IMG/VR virus record: IMGVR_UViG_3300021962_000025
Coordinates: 32,001 to 96,000 of that record
Length of the DNA stretch: 64,000 nucleotides
From: a virus
Reading direction: 5' to 3' (one strand)
How positions within the stretch are numbered: the stretch's first letter is position 1; the number at the start of each line of letters is the position of its first letter. Below the pieces are notes generated by a model. That model worked only from the letters and a program-made list of their open reading frames with translations. It did not search any database and was not told the DNA's origin. The position numbers and the translations under genes are program-made. This document shows, piece after piece, positions 1 to 9,949 of this stretch.

Positions 1-2
1 AT

Positions 3-533
3 TATTCAGATGTTGATTTACATATTATGGTTGACTTTGATGAAATAGGTAATAAAACATCGGTTGGTTTAGAAACTATCATAAAAAACTTCTTCGATTC
101 AAAGAGAAGTTTGTGGAATAAACAACATGAGATAAAAATAAAGGGTTTTGATTGTGAGATTTACGTTCAAGACGTAGATGAAAAGCACCTCGCATCAGGC
201 ATATATTCTATATTAAACGATAAGTGGATAATAACCCCTGAAAAAACTAACCCATCAATTGATAAAGAACTTATAATTAAAAAAGCAGATAAATTTGAAC
301 AATTGATAGACGACGTTCAGGATAAATTTAAGAGCGGGGATGACGTTGAGAAAGATATTTTAAATATAAAACAGTCCTTAAAGAAATTTAGACAGTGTGG
401 TTTAGACACCGGTGGGGAGTATTCCTATGAGAATTTGGCGTTTAAACTTCTTAGACGTAACGGTTACATTGCCACCTTAATGGATATCCAAAGTAAAAAT
501 AAGGATAAGAAATTATCCATAGCACAACAGTAA
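3..533 (+). CDS. 5'-truncated Pol-beta-superfamily nucleotidyltransferase-like protein
   Basis: The frame is open from position 3 and reads YSDVDLHIMVDF before the track's ATG at 27. SDVD matches the DxD metal-binding motif, with a third acidic strand (CEIYVQD) and a helical C-terminus. Confidence 0.6.
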   Translation, partial: YSDVDLHIMVDFDEIGNKTSVGLETIIKNFFDSKRSLWNKQHEIKIKGFDCEIYVQDVDEKHLASGIYSILNDKWIITPEKTNPSIDKELIIKKADKFEQLIDDVQDKFKSGDDVEKDILNIKQSLKKFRQCGLDTGGEYSYENLAFKLLRRNGYIATLMDIQSKNKDKKLSIAQQ

Positions 534-559
534 ACGAAATATTTTTCTTGATATTGTTG

Positions 560-567
560 TATTTATA
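560..567 (+). promoter_or_regulatory. Putative late promoter box TATTTATA
   Basis: One of about 20 copies of TATTTAT in front of morphogenesis genes; 34 nt upstream of the ATG at 602. Confidence 0.6.
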
Positions 568-601
568 GAGTAAGAATAAGTTATTAACAAATAATTGTAA
601 T

Positions 602-1618
602 ATGTCAGATCTTAAACCATTAGGTAGTGAGAAACTACAAGGTGATGATAAACTAAAAAGAATAATGGAGATTGCCAACTATGGTAGATCACCTAAAAAA
701 GTCATCACTGAAACTGTATCAACTGCCAACGTTGAATTCATTAAAGAGTCTACTAACGGTACATATGGTATTGTTAGAGAAAAAGACGGATACTATGTAA
801 AAAAGGGACTTAATGAAAGTTCATTAGATTATATTGGTGGAATCTTCATGAAAAATAAAAATAAGTTTTCATCTTATGCTGAAGCATTAAAAAGATTGGA
901 ACTTATTAGTGGAGAGGAGAACTCTTTAAATGAGGCCAAAAAATATATTTTAAAAAAATCTTCAGCTTCTACGGAGCCTGTTGAGAATGTTCCCGCAGCA
1001 CCAGTTGCGGCGGAACCCGCACCGGCACCTGCACCTGAGGCTCCTGTAGGTGATTTACCCCCTGCTGATGGTGGTATTTCAGACATTCCTTCGGACGTAG
1101 AAGATATGGGTGGAGAAGAAAATGGTGGTGAGGAAAATGGGAAGAGATCTGATTACATGGATGAGGTACAAAAATTCTCGGGTAAATTAGGACAAGCACT
1201 TAGAGATGTTAAGGAAAAAATGATGAGTGATGACATAAAATATGTTATTAACATGGTTCTTTCCGCAGTTGACTTAGATGCTTTAGACGATGAGGATAAA
1301 GAAGAGATAGCAGAAAGATTTGAACCTGAGGAGGACGATTTTGTAGAACCATCATATGATGATGTACCCGCAGAAGAACCAGAATCAAGTGAGGAAATCG
1401 ATGAAATAATGGCTAAACTAGAAAGTTTTGTTGACACACCTGTTGAAGAGGAGGGTCAGGTCGAAGAAAAAATCGATTTAGACCAATTTAACGACTTAGG
1501 TATTGAAGAAGATATTTCTGAGGAATCTGATGACGAGGAGGTTGAAATAGACTTAGAGGATCTCAAAAGTGAAATCAACAAACATGTTGAGTCAACTTTG
1601 AGTAAATACTTTAAGTAA
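602..1618 (+). CDS. Hypothetical acidic protein, possible internal head protein
   Basis: 338-aa ORF, very acidic, Pro/Ala linker, several (I/L/V)xE motifs; lies upstream of the head module. Confidence 0.6.
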   Translation: MSDLKPLGSEKLQGDDKLKRIMEIANYGRSPKKVITETVSTANVEFIKESTNGTYGIVREKDGYYVKKGLNESSLDYIGGIFMKNKNKFSSYAEALKRLELISGEENSLNEAKKYILKKSSASTEPVENVPAAPVAAEPAPAPAPEAPVGDLPPADGGISDIPSDVEDMGGEENGGEENGKRSDYMDEVQKFSGKLGQALRDVKEKMMSDDIKYVINMVLSAVDLDALDDEDKEEIAERFEPEEDDFVEPSYDDVPAEEPESSEEIDEIMAKLESFVDTPVEEEGQVEEKIDLDQFNDLGIEEDISEESDDEEVEIDLEDLKSEINKHVESTLSKYFK

Positions 1619-1619
1619 T

Positions 1620-2024
1620 ATGAGACTTATCTATATCAATGAGATTGGGTCTGATTATAAGGGTCAGAAACAATATGAGTTCATTTTCAGTGATCAAACA
1701 GAATTTGATATAGAGGAATGGTATCACATACCCGCATCGACATATCCCGAGTCACTTTCTCCCGATTTAGAGTACATTTCATATGTGGGGGTATTAAAAA
1801 ATTCCGATATAGATTTAGACTTGGTTCAAAAGTCTGACTATTTTGGAATTATTGATGCTGTCGATGGTGTCATCTCATTAGGGTGGGAGAAATACGATAT
1901 AGAAAGTGAGTTCGAAAGACTTACTTTTTCTTTTGGGGATAAGATTGAAAGTGTGAAGAAAAAAATAGAATCTAGAGGATTCCATCTAATAAAAGAGGAA
2001 TTAAATTTTAATACGGGGTTATGA
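1620..2024 (+). CDS. Hypothetical protein
   Basis: 134-aa ORF starting 1 nt after the previous stop; its end overlaps the next start (ATGA). Confidence 0.7.
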   Translation: MRLIYINEIGSDYKGQKQYEFIFSDQTEFDIEEWYHIPASTYPESLSPDLEYISYVGVLKNSDIDLDLVQKSDYFGIIDAVDGVISLGWEKYDIESEFERLTFSFGDKIESVKKKIESRGFHLIKEELNFNTGL

Positions 2025-2629
2025 GAAGAAAACAAATTATACAAAATCTTTTAAAGGAAGGTTTAAGTGAAAAATTTTTATCAAAATTAACTGATAAACA
2101 AATTATCGATTTGTCTCATAGATTATTGTCTGAAGCCACCTTTGAGGTTTCTGCAGAAAAAGTAGATACAATAAAAGATAAGGTTGGTCCTGACGATATA
2201 GTTAAGGTTTCAGAGGAAGAAGAGACTAACGAGGCATCTTCTCCCCAACAACAGGCGGCAATTGCTATCTCTAAAAAGAAAAAGAAAGAAAACAAGGAGA
2301 TTAATGAATGGGTGGATAATTTGGTTACTTCTAACTATCACCCCGAAATCACCACTAAAAAAGATATCTATGAAATGATAGGGTCATTATCAGACAGTGT
2401 TGATAATCTTTCAGCGGCAAAAAATATGTTTGCCGTTGATGAACAACAACCATCACCATCTAAACCCGATACTGATGCCCCTGTGAGAGAAAAACCAACA
2501 ACAAGACCTGGTAAACCCTCAAGAGAAAACCCTTTTCAACCAAAACACACACCTAAACCTAAAGCTGAACTTCCAAAAGAACTTACGTTTAGTGCTTTAG
2601 GACTTGACTTAAAACAGGTGGCAGAATGA
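2021..2629 (+). CDS. Hypothetical protein
   Basis: 202-aa ORF with ATGA overlaps at both ends, LKE/LSE/INE motifs and a Pro/Lys-rich C-terminus. Confidence 0.7.
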   Translation: MRRKQIIQNLLKEGLSEKFLSKLTDKQIIDLSHRLLSEATFEVSAEKVDTIKDKVGPDDIVKVSEEEETNEASSPQQQAAIAISKKKKKENKEINEWVDNLVTSNYHPEITTKKDIYEMIGSLSDSVDNLSAAKNMFAVDEQQPSPSKPDTDAPVREKPTTRPGKPSRENPFQPKHTPKPKAELPKELTFSALGLDLKQVAE

Positions 2630-3954
2630 TCAGTAAGAAAGAACTTTTAGAAACTATTAAGGGTTTAAAAGAAATGCCGATGGATTATGGGGATAACCCT
2701 GAAAGAATTAGTCCTGATATTGAGGATAAATTGGCAAACAAAGAAACCCCTTTTAAAGATAACCCCGCATTTCCTGAGGAGGAACCTGACGGACTACCCT
2801 CTAATTGGGAAGAACTATTGGCATCTAAAAGATTTCAGGATGTTATTGCCAAAGTAAAAAGGTACACAGGACAAGAAGGTAACGTAACTAACCAAAACAC
2901 ATTCATGCAATTAATTGGGACAATGCAAAGAATGTTATCAAATGTGTTTCAATTTGAATCACAGAACAAAGAATATTTGGAGAACCTTGCCGTTGAATTG
3001 GTCAAAAAAGAGATGGCATTACCCGAAGGGGCGCTACAATTTGATGCAAAATTAGTGGGTATGGGTGGAATTGATCCTGAGGGTTTCCAACAACAGTCCC
3101 AAGACCCTAGTGAAGAAGAAATTGAACAACAATTTGGGGTTAATTCTGAAGAGGCTCAGGAGGACTTGGAAGATTTTATCGACGCCTTTGAAAAGTTCGA
3201 TCAAGAAACTGCGAAAAGAAGATTTATAAACGCATTAATACAAGGAGCATCTAAGAAAGGACATTACATGTTTGAATTGGTTGCTAACGAGTTGAATGAG
3301 AGAAATCCAAATATCGTAACTCAATATGGTATTTTAATGTCTGTTAATGATTTAATGTATTGGGTTTTACCTGAGGGTACAATTCAACAAGGAATGGAAG
3401 GTGGAAGTTTTGCCGGTAAAGAGGAGGTGGATACTGAAACAGACCCACCAACGATTAGAGCAAGGGCAATTTTCTTTCCTGCGTTAATACATGAGATTAT
3501 TAAAGGTGTAATGGAAGTTATGGGAACTCAAGGGTTACCTGACGACCCTAAATCAGCTGAGATGGTTATGGGTAAAGCCGATACACTTCCTGCTGAGATA
3601 TGGGATTTAAGATTAGGTCCTGTTATTTGGGAGAAGTTCAGATCATCATATCCTGACAAATTAGAGGATGACGATCTAAAACACATACAGAATTACTTAT
3701 TCTCACGTTTTTCGGCGTTAGACACTGAAGAGTTTTTTAAAGTTTCAAAAGAAATATTAAAAGGATCTGAATTAGGAAAGAATATCATAAACAGAATGGT
3801 TAATCAAATTATCGAAGACCTTAAAACCGAAGACTATGAAGAAGATCAATACAATCGGGAGTTTGGGGATGAGGACGATGGTTTGAGTGGGTTCCTTGGT
3901 TCATTGGGAATCGGACTCTCACCTGATGATGACGATGACGGACCAACCGTATAA
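2626..3954 (+). CDS. Hypothetical protein (head-module associated)
   Basis: 442-aa ORF coupled to the upstream gene and followed by a terminator. Confidence 0.75.
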   Translation: MISKKELLETIKGLKEMPMDYGDNPERISPDIEDKLANKETPFKDNPAFPEEEPDGLPSNWEELLASKRFQDVIAKVKRYTGQEGNVTNQNTFMQLIGTMQRMLSNVFQFESQNKEYLENLAVELVKKEMALPEGALQFDAKLVGMGGIDPEGFQQQSQDPSEEEIEQQFGVNSEEAQEDLEDFIDAFEKFDQETAKRRFINALIQGASKKGHYMFELVANELNERNPNIVTQYGILMSVNDLMYWVLPEGTIQQGMEGGSFAGKEEVDTETDPPTIRARAIFFPALIHEIIKGVMEVMGTQGLPDDPKSAEMVMGKADTLPAEIWDLRLGPVIWEKFRSSYPDKLEDDDLKHIQNYLFSRFSALDTEEFFKVSKEILKGSELGKNIINRMVNQIIEDLKTEDYEEDQYNREFGDEDDGLSGFLGSLGIGLSPDDDDDGPTV

Positions 3955-3959
3955 AATCT

Positions 3960-3987
3960 AAAGTGGTCATAATCGACCACTTTTTTT
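3960..3987 (+). terminator. Rho-independent terminator
   Basis: AAAGTGGTC-ATAATC-GACCACTTT followed by a T run, directly after the stop at 3954. Confidence 0.85.
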
Positions 3988-3988
3988 G

Positions 3989-3996
3989 TATTTATA
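3989..3996 (+). promoter_or_regulatory. Putative late promoter box TATTTATA
   Basis: Directly after the terminator and 4 nt before the terminase ATG. Confidence 0.6.
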
Positions 3997-4000
3997 GGAT

Positions 4001-5782
4001 ATGGATAAGAACAAATTAATACAACTTAAGGAATATGCGAAGATCATGAAGGATACTCCATACGCCTTAAAGACATATCTTCAAACATACGATAACACCC
4101 AAAAGAAGTATGTACCGTTAGAGTTATTCCCTGACCAAGAACAACTAATTCTTGATTATGATAACTATAATGAAAACATTACCCGTAAGTACAGACAGGC
4201 GGGTGTGTCAACAGTAACTGCGGCTTGGTTATCCAAGAAAATACAAACCGCAAGTCCAACAGAACCTGAAAGGATTCTAATCATTGCGAACAAAAGAGAT
4301 ACCGCTATTGAAATGGCAAATAAGATTCGTCATTTTTTGGACCAATGGCCCGAATGGATGAATGTTGGTTTTTCCCCCGATAAGAACTCGGAGAGTAGGT
4401 TTAGAATGAATAATGGGTCCGAAGTAAAGGCGGTGGCAACATCGGCAGACGCACTTCGTGGTTTTACGCCAACAGTACTCGTATTTGACGAAGCCGCATA
4501 CATTGAAGCGGGAGAAGATTTTTGGGCTGCGTGTATGGCATCCTTATCTACGGGTGGTAAGGTTATTTTGATCTCTACCCCGAACGGTTATGACCCAATT
4601 TATTATGGTGTTTATGATCAGGCTTTAAGAGGGATGAATGATTTTAAAGTAACTGATTTAAGATGGTTTAAAGACCCTCGTTACGCATCTGATTTAAAAT
4701 GGTTAAAGGTTGAAGATATCATTCATTATATGTTGAATAGAGAGATGTATAATGACGATGAGATCACATTAAACGAAGGTTGGGAACGTTACACAGAGTT
4801 ACTCGAACAGGGATATAAACCATACTCTCATTGGTTTGAGAATATGGCTAAGAAATTTAAATATGATAAGAGGAAAATCGCACAAGAATTAGAATGTGAT
4901 TTCCTTGGATCAGGAGATGGGGTGATTCCCAATTCAATACAAGAGAGAATAAGTAAGAATGAGATTAAAGAACCGATTGAAAAATACATGCAAGGTACTT
5001 TCTGGTTATGGAAAGAACCTGTTGAGGGTCATAGATATATTATGGGTGTTGATGTTTCCAGAGGCGATAGTGCCGATGCCTCATCAATATGTGTTATTGA
5101 TTTTGATGAAAACGAACAGGTCGCTGAATACATTGGTAAGATACCCCCAGACGACTTGGCGGGTGTTGTATACAAGTGGGCGACACTTTATAAAGCGTTC
5201 GTAGTAATTGATATAACTGGTGGTATGGGTATTGCCACATCGAGGAAACTACAAGAAATGGGATATAAAGACCTTTATATTGATGGGGTTAATTCTATGA
5301 ATATATGGGACTATAACAAGAAAGGACAAGATAAAATACCAGGTATTAATTTTAATAATAAGAGAGCCCAAATTGTTGCAGCATTTGAGGAACGTTTGAG
5401 ACATGGTTTTGGTGTTAGGTCTTCTCGTTTATTGAACGAATTAAATACGTTTGTTTATGTAAATGGTAGACCCGATCATATGAAGGGGGCTCACGATGAC
5501 GCCATTATGGCCATGGCTATTGCTATGTATGTTGCAGATATTTCCTTCACACAATTACAAAGAAGTGACAGTACCAATAAGGCGATGTTAGATTCATGGT
5601 TATTGTCCGAAAGGACTTATGAGACTAGTAAATCATTTTATTCCCACGGGACCGCTTTCGATGCAATTGGGTCAATGGCAACTGATAATCGTCATTACCC
5701 ACCCCAAATGGGTAATGCAATACCAAAAGAGGCGTACCAAGAACATTCGTGGTTATTTGGTAAAAGGACTAAACAGTTTTAA
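4001..5782 (+). CDS. terL: Terminase large subunit (T4 gp17-like)
   Basis: KYRQAGVST (Walker A-like), VLVFDEAAY (Walker B), ILISTPNG (motif III), YIMGVDVSRG and HDDAIMAMA (RNase H-like nuclease); directly upstream of the portal. Confidence 0.95.
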   Translation: MDKNKLIQLKEYAKIMKDTPYALKTYLQTYDNTQKKYVPLELFPDQEQLILDYDNYNENITRKYRQAGVSTVTAAWLSKKIQTASPTEPERILIIANKRDTAIEMANKIRHFLDQWPEWMNVGFSPDKNSESRFRMNNGSEVKAVATSADALRGFTPTVLVFDEAAYIEAGEDFWAACMASLSTGGKVILISTPNGYDPIYYGVYDQALRGMNDFKVTDLRWFKDPRYASDLKWLKVEDIIHYMLNREMYNDDEITLNEGWERYTELLEQGYKPYSHWFENMAKKFKYDKRKIAQELECDFLGSGDGVIPNSIQERISKNEIKEPIEKYMQGTFWLWKEPVEGHRYIMGVDVSRGDSADASSICVIDFDENEQVAEYIGKIPPDDLAGVVYKWATLYKAFVVIDITGGMGIATSRKLQEMGYKDLYIDGVNSMNIWDYNKKGQDKIPGINFNNKRAQIVAAFEERLRHGFGVRSSRLLNELNTFVYVNGRPDHMKGAHDDAIMAMAIAMYVADISFTQLQRSDSTNKAMLDSWLLSERTYETSKSFYSHGTAFDAIGSMATDNRHYPPQMGNAIPKEAYQEHSWLFGKRTKQF

Positions 5783-5827
5783 ATGTCAAAAAAAATTCGT
5801 ATATTATAAAGTTTAATATTTATTAGT

Positions 5828-7651
5828 ATGGCAAAACAAAATCTAACAGTATATCAAAGATTAACGAAGGTGTTCGGTTATCAAACTGATCAACCATCTA
5901 CACCTCCGCAGTATAAATTTGATAGAGATAAACTGTTAAAGACAGATAGTAAGGAAGATTACGAGAAAGAATTACTACAAAGACAACAATCACAATACAT
6001 TGCCGATAAGTGGACAAAATTAGATCAATCACTTTATAACCAATCTGTTTATTATGAACCAAATAGGTTGGCCGCATACTATGATTATGAATCTATGGAG
6101 TTTACTCCCGAAATATCAGCGTCTTTAGATATCTATTCAGAAGAGTCAACAACACTCTCAGAAAAAGGTCAGATTTTGACAATATACTCCGAATCAAAAA
6201 GAGTGAAAAACATATTAGAAGATCTATTCTATAATGTATTGGATATTAACACCAATCTTCAGATGTGGTGTAGAGGTTTGGCTAAGTATGGTGATGACTT
6301 TGTCTATTTAAAAATAGACCCTAGTAAGGGTGTTATTGGGTGTCAACAATTACCTAACATAGAGATCGAAAGACATGAAGGTGCCGCATCTCAGGTACAT
6401 AAATCGGAACCCGCAGCAGGTGTGAAAATGCCAAGTAGGGAGTTAAGATTTACGTGGAAGAATAAAGACATGGAATTCCAAGCATGGGAGGTCGCCCACT
6501 TTAGATTATTGGGTGATGATAGAAAACTTCCTTATGGTACGTCTATGTTAGATAAAGTAAGACGTATTTGGAAACAATTACTTCTTGCGGAAGATGCGAT
6601 GTTAATCTACAGAACTTCGAGAGCACCTGAAAGAAGGGTGTTTAAAGTATTCGTGGGTAACATGGATGACAAGGACATCGAAGCGTACGTACAACGTGTG
6701 GCAAACAAGTTTAAGAGAGATCAGATCGTAGATCAAAGGAATGGACAAGTAGATATGAGATACAACCAAATGGCGGTAGATCAAGATTACTTTATTCCTG
6801 TAAGGGACCCATCTCAAACTAGTCCGATCGAAACATTACCAGGAGCACAGAACTTAGGTGAAATTGCAGATATTGAGTACATTCAAAAGAAATTATTGGC
6901 AGCACTTAGAATTCCTAAGGCGTTCTTAGGTTTTGAAGAAATTGTGGGTGAAGGTAAGAGTTTGGCATTAATGGATATTCGTTTTGCGAGAACTATTAAT
7001 AGAATCCAAAAATCCCTTATCCAAGAATTAAATAAAATAGCATTAGTTCACTTATATCTTTTAGGTTTAGAAGATGAACTAAATAACTTCACATTATCTC
7101 TTACTAATCCATCGGCACAATCTGACCTACTTAGAATTGAACAGTGGAAAGAAAAGATTACTTTATACAAAGACGCAACATCAGATCAATCACAAATCGG
7201 TATTCAACCCGTTTCACATACATGGGCTAAAAAGAATATTCTTGGTATGAGTGATAACGATGTAATCCTTGACCTACAACAACAAAGACTTGAGAGGGCT
7301 CTTGGTGCTGAATTAGGTATCACACAGAACATTATTAAGAGGACTGGTGTATTTGATGAGGTTGATAAGAAGTACGGTATCCCCGAAGAGGAGAGACGTG
7401 CGGTCGATGCTGGTGGATCACCTGACGGTGGTGCCGGTGGTATGGACATAGGTGGAGGAGGAGCACCCCCACCGATACCTGGAGATTCAGGAGGGGGTGG
7501 TGAGGAACCTCTAAGTGAATCAAAGAAAAATAAAATATTAGGTATGTTGGGTGAGGATTCTGAAGATTTTGACGATCTTTTTGATGTCCATAAGGCACAA
7601 CAGAATATTTATGAAATAGAAAATAAACTCAAAGACATTATACAAGAGTAA
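5828..7651 (+). CDS. gp20: Portal vertex protein (T4 gp20-like)
   Basis: YESMEFTPEISASLDIYSEE, EDAMLIYRTSRAPERRVFKVFVGNM and DYFIPVR...IETLPG motifs; Gly/Pro-rich C-terminal tail. Confidence 0.95.
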   Translation: MAKQNLTVYQRLTKVFGYQTDQPSTPPQYKFDRDKLLKTDSKEDYEKELLQRQQSQYIADKWTKLDQSLYNQSVYYEPNRLAAYYDYESMEFTPEISASLDIYSEESTTLSEKGQILTIYSESKRVKNILEDLFYNVLDINTNLQMWCRGLAKYGDDFVYLKIDPSKGVIGCQQLPNIEIERHEGAASQVHKSEPAAGVKMPSRELRFTWKNKDMEFQAWEVAHFRLLGDDRKLPYGTSMLDKVRRIWKQLLLAEDAMLIYRTSRAPERRVFKVFVGNMDDKDIEAYVQRVANKFKRDQIVDQRNGQVDMRYNQMAVDQDYFIPVRDPSQTSPIETLPGAQNLGEIADIEYIQKKLLAALRIPKAFLGFEEIVGEGKSLALMDIRFARTINRIQKSLIQELNKIALVHLYLLGLEDELNNFTLSLTNPSAQSDLLRIEQWKEKITLYKDATSDQSQIGIQPVSHTWAKKNILGMSDNDVILDLQQQRLERALGAELGITQNIIKRTGVFDEVDKKYGIPEEERRAVDAGGSPDGGAGGMDIGGGGAPPPIPGDSGGGGEEPLSESKKNKILGMLGEDSEDFDDLFDVHKAQQNIYEIENKLKDIIQE

Positions 7652-7653
7652 TT

Positions 7654-8385
7654 ATGGCAACTTTCGGACACGTAAAAAATAAAATATTGGTTAAGTTGAC
7701 AGAGTCTTATGGTAAAAAAGATTTTAAAGACTCACTTAACAAATATTTCAAACCAATCATGAAAAATGGTACATTAAAGGAAATGTATTCATTATATGAG
7801 GATTTAGAAACAATGACTTTTGATGATAAGGAAACCGCACAATTATATGTGGAGGAATTGTCTAAAGTATTAAAGGATAGATACAATGAAGTGGGTTCAT
7901 CTCTTTTTGAGCTGAACGAGTCACTAAAGGATGTACAAAAGAGTGATAACCAACTATACGAATGGTTAGACGTTCTTTCTTGTCCTGACAGATTAGGTAA
8001 TATTTCTGCGAAGGTCGTCGCCAAGAAAAACTTAGTAGAACACCTAATAACTTTTAAATCAACGGATGAATTAAGAGTTGATCAAGGAGTTAATGAAAGT
8101 TTACTTAATTCGGTTTTAGTAAATAACTTTAACGTTAGTTTTGACAAAACATTAAGTGAGGAAGAAAAATCTAAACTTAAACACATTTTGTCTTTAAGTC
8201 ATGATGAGATTGAAAAGGAGACATCCACTCTGCACGAATCTATTGAAACTAAACTTACAGAATTAATATCCGAGGACTCATCTTTTAAGGATAAGGCCGA
8301 TGGTGTGAAAAAAGAAATAAGTAAGATGGAGGTAAACAAGTATAACTTGTTCCGATTACAGGACCTTTTGGAAGGTCTATCATAA
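7654..8385 (+). CDS. Hypothetical helical protein of the head module
   Basis: 243-aa ORF starting 2 nt after the portal stop and ending at a terminator. Confidence 0.75.
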   Translation: MATFGHVKNKILVKLTESYGKKDFKDSLNKYFKPIMKNGTLKEMYSLYEDLETMTFDDKETAQLYVEELSKVLKDRYNEVGSSLFELNESLKDVQKSDNQLYEWLDVLSCPDRLGNISAKVVAKKNLVEHLITFKSTDELRVDQGVNESLLNSVLVNNFNVSFDKTLSEEEKSKLKHILSLSHDEIEKETSTLHESIETKLTELISEDSSFKDKADGVKKEISKMEVNKYNLFRLQDLLEGLS

Positions 8386-8418
8386 AAAACGAAAGGTGTC
8401 ATTAGACACCTTTTTTTA
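8385..8418. terminator. Bidirectional rho-independent terminator
   Basis: AAAAAAC-G-AAAGGTGTC-ATTA-GACACCTTT-TTTT between convergent genes; A run on one side, T run on the other. Confidence 0.85.
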
Positions 8419-8607
8419 TTTCTGTTCTTGGTCTTTTAATTGTTGAATGTACTGAGCCTTCTTTTTTTGAAGTCTACGGGAAACTGACGGTTTAGTGAAT
8501 TCTTGACGATCTCTAAGGAATTGGACTTGTTTCGTATTCCTAACTTTAGTTTTTAATTTTTTAAGGGCTTGATCGATGTTCCCGTTGAAGACTTTTACTA
8601 TTAGCAT
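8416..8607 (-). CDS. rpsU: Ribosomal protein bS21 (phage-encoded, Bacteroidota-type)
   Basis: MLIVKVFNGNIDQALKKLKTKVRNTKQVQFLRDRQEFTKPSVSRRLQKKKAQYIQQL matches the bS21 pattern (IDxALKxxKxK, LRxRxxFxKPS). Start moved from 8631 to the MLIV ATG at 8607. Confidence 0.9.
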   Translation of the reverse strand: MLIVKVFNGNIDQALKKLKTKVRNTKQVQFLRDRQEFTKPSVSRRLQKKKAQYIQQLKDQEQK

Positions 8608-8628
8608 ATTTGTTTTTAGTGTTATATA

Positions 8629-8679
8629 CATAAATATATCAAAAAAATTTGATTTAGAAAATATTTTTAGTTATCTTTT
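8629..8679. promoter_or_regulatory. Divergent promoters: late box for rpsU (minus) and host-type promoter for 8715 (plus)
   Basis: Minus strand TATTTATG at 8636-8629; plus strand TTTG (8648-8651), 20-nt spacer, TATCTTTT (8672-8679). Confidence 0.5.
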
Positions 8680-8714
8680 ATAGACACCATAAAAGTTAAT
8701 AAGAATGAAAATAA

Positions 8715-9140
8715 ATGAAATTAGGTCGTTTTATCCCATTAGAGGATTACAAAAACGTAAAGATCGGATACGGAACAATAGATCATAAGAATTTAAAGAC
8801 AATTTATTTGTCTTTTAACTCATGGTTAGAACCAGAAAATGATTGTGATAGTTTTGATACAATAATAAAATCATCAAGAAATTGTATTAAAAAATTAATC
8901 TACAACTTAGGGTCAGATCTTTTTAGACCCGAATCTATCGTCGATTTAGATGTAAGGACAAACGGAATTAAGATAGAGAAAAGATCCTTTATGAATTTAG
9001 AGATAACGTTATATGTGAATAACCAAATCAATATAAAGGACAAAAATCTTAAAATGGACATTAACAACATGATGAAAATGGTGGTTGATGATTGTCTAAA
9101 TGACGAAAGACTCTTTAATTTTAACAAAAAGAAAAAATAA
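8715..9140 (+). CDS. Hypothetical protein
   Basis: 141-aa ORF with an A-rich start context. Confidence 0.7.
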   Translation: MKLGRFIPLEDYKNVKIGYGTIDHKNLKTIYLSFNSWLEPENDCDSFDTIIKSSRNCIKKLIYNLGSDLFRPESIVDLDVRTNGIKIEKRSFMNLEITLYVNNQINIKDKNLKMDINNMMKMVVDDCLNDERLFNFNKKKK

Positions 9141-9183
9141 CTTCGTTTACGATGTATTTATAGTAATAAAACTATAGGTACAC

Positions 9184-9870
9184 ATGAAGGTATTAGGTCC
9201 TAAAGAGACGGGTAAAGGAATTCTCATCGAGTACGATGCGGGTTTTATCTCTCCTGACGAAAACAAAAAAGTAATTTCAGAAATGAAAGGTATTGACTTC
9301 TCTGAAGACATTATCCTTTATGCGGTTTTACAGAAATACGATACTCCAAATAAAAACGGTAGAATTTATCCCGAATCCATACTTAAAAGAGAAATGGATA
9401 AATACCAAACCGTTATCAATAAGGGTTCTGCTCTAAATGAGTTAAACCACCCCTCATCATCTCTTATCGATTTAGATAGAGTTTCCCACACAATTACTGA
9501 AACTTGGTGGGATGGTAAGATGTTAATGGGAAAAATTAAACTACTCACTTCACCAGGTTGGAAAAAGATGGGGATTGTTTCCACAAAGGGAGACCAAGCC
9601 GCAATGTTATTAATGAACGGTGTGACTTTAGGAATATCTTCCAGAGGTGTGGGATCACTTAAATCCGAAAAAGGTCAGAATATTGTACAAGATGATTTTG
9701 AGTTGGTATGTTTTGACTTAGTGTCCTCACCATCAACACCTGGTGCTTATGTATTCTCAGATCCATCAGACAGACAGAAATATGATGAGTCAATAGAAGA
9801 ACAAGAACCAATACTTGACAATAGGATGAAAAAACTAATGGGAACTTTAGATAAGTTTCTTTATAGATAA
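9184..9870 (+). CDS. gp21: Prohead core protease (T4 gp21-like)
   Basis: NKNGRIYP, ALNELNHP (catalytic His), GISSRGVGS (catalytic Ser) and FDLVSSPSTPGAY; TATTTATA box at 9155-9162. Confidence 0.93.
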   Translation: MKVLGPKETGKGILIEYDAGFISPDENKKVISEMKGIDFSEDIILYAVLQKYDTPNKNGRIYPESILKREMDKYQTVINKGSALNELNHPSSSLIDLDRVSHTITETWWDGKMLMGKIKLLTSPGWKKMGIVSTKGDQAAMLLMNGVTLGISSRGVGSLKSEKGQNIVQDDFELVCFDLVSSPSTPGAYVFSDPSDRQKYDESIEEQEPILDNRMKKLMGTLDKFLYR

Positions 9871-9949
9871 AGAATTTTTCTGTGATTAGTATATCATAAT
9901 CTTAATTTTTCTGAAATAATAGATATTTATAATAAAACCAAATAAAAAA

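Noticed and set aside
874-1437. Ser-rich minus-strand ORFs here and at 9985-10470, 25519-25815, 34087-34545
   Set aside because: Antisense shadows of acidic or low-complexity genes with recognisable products on the other strand.
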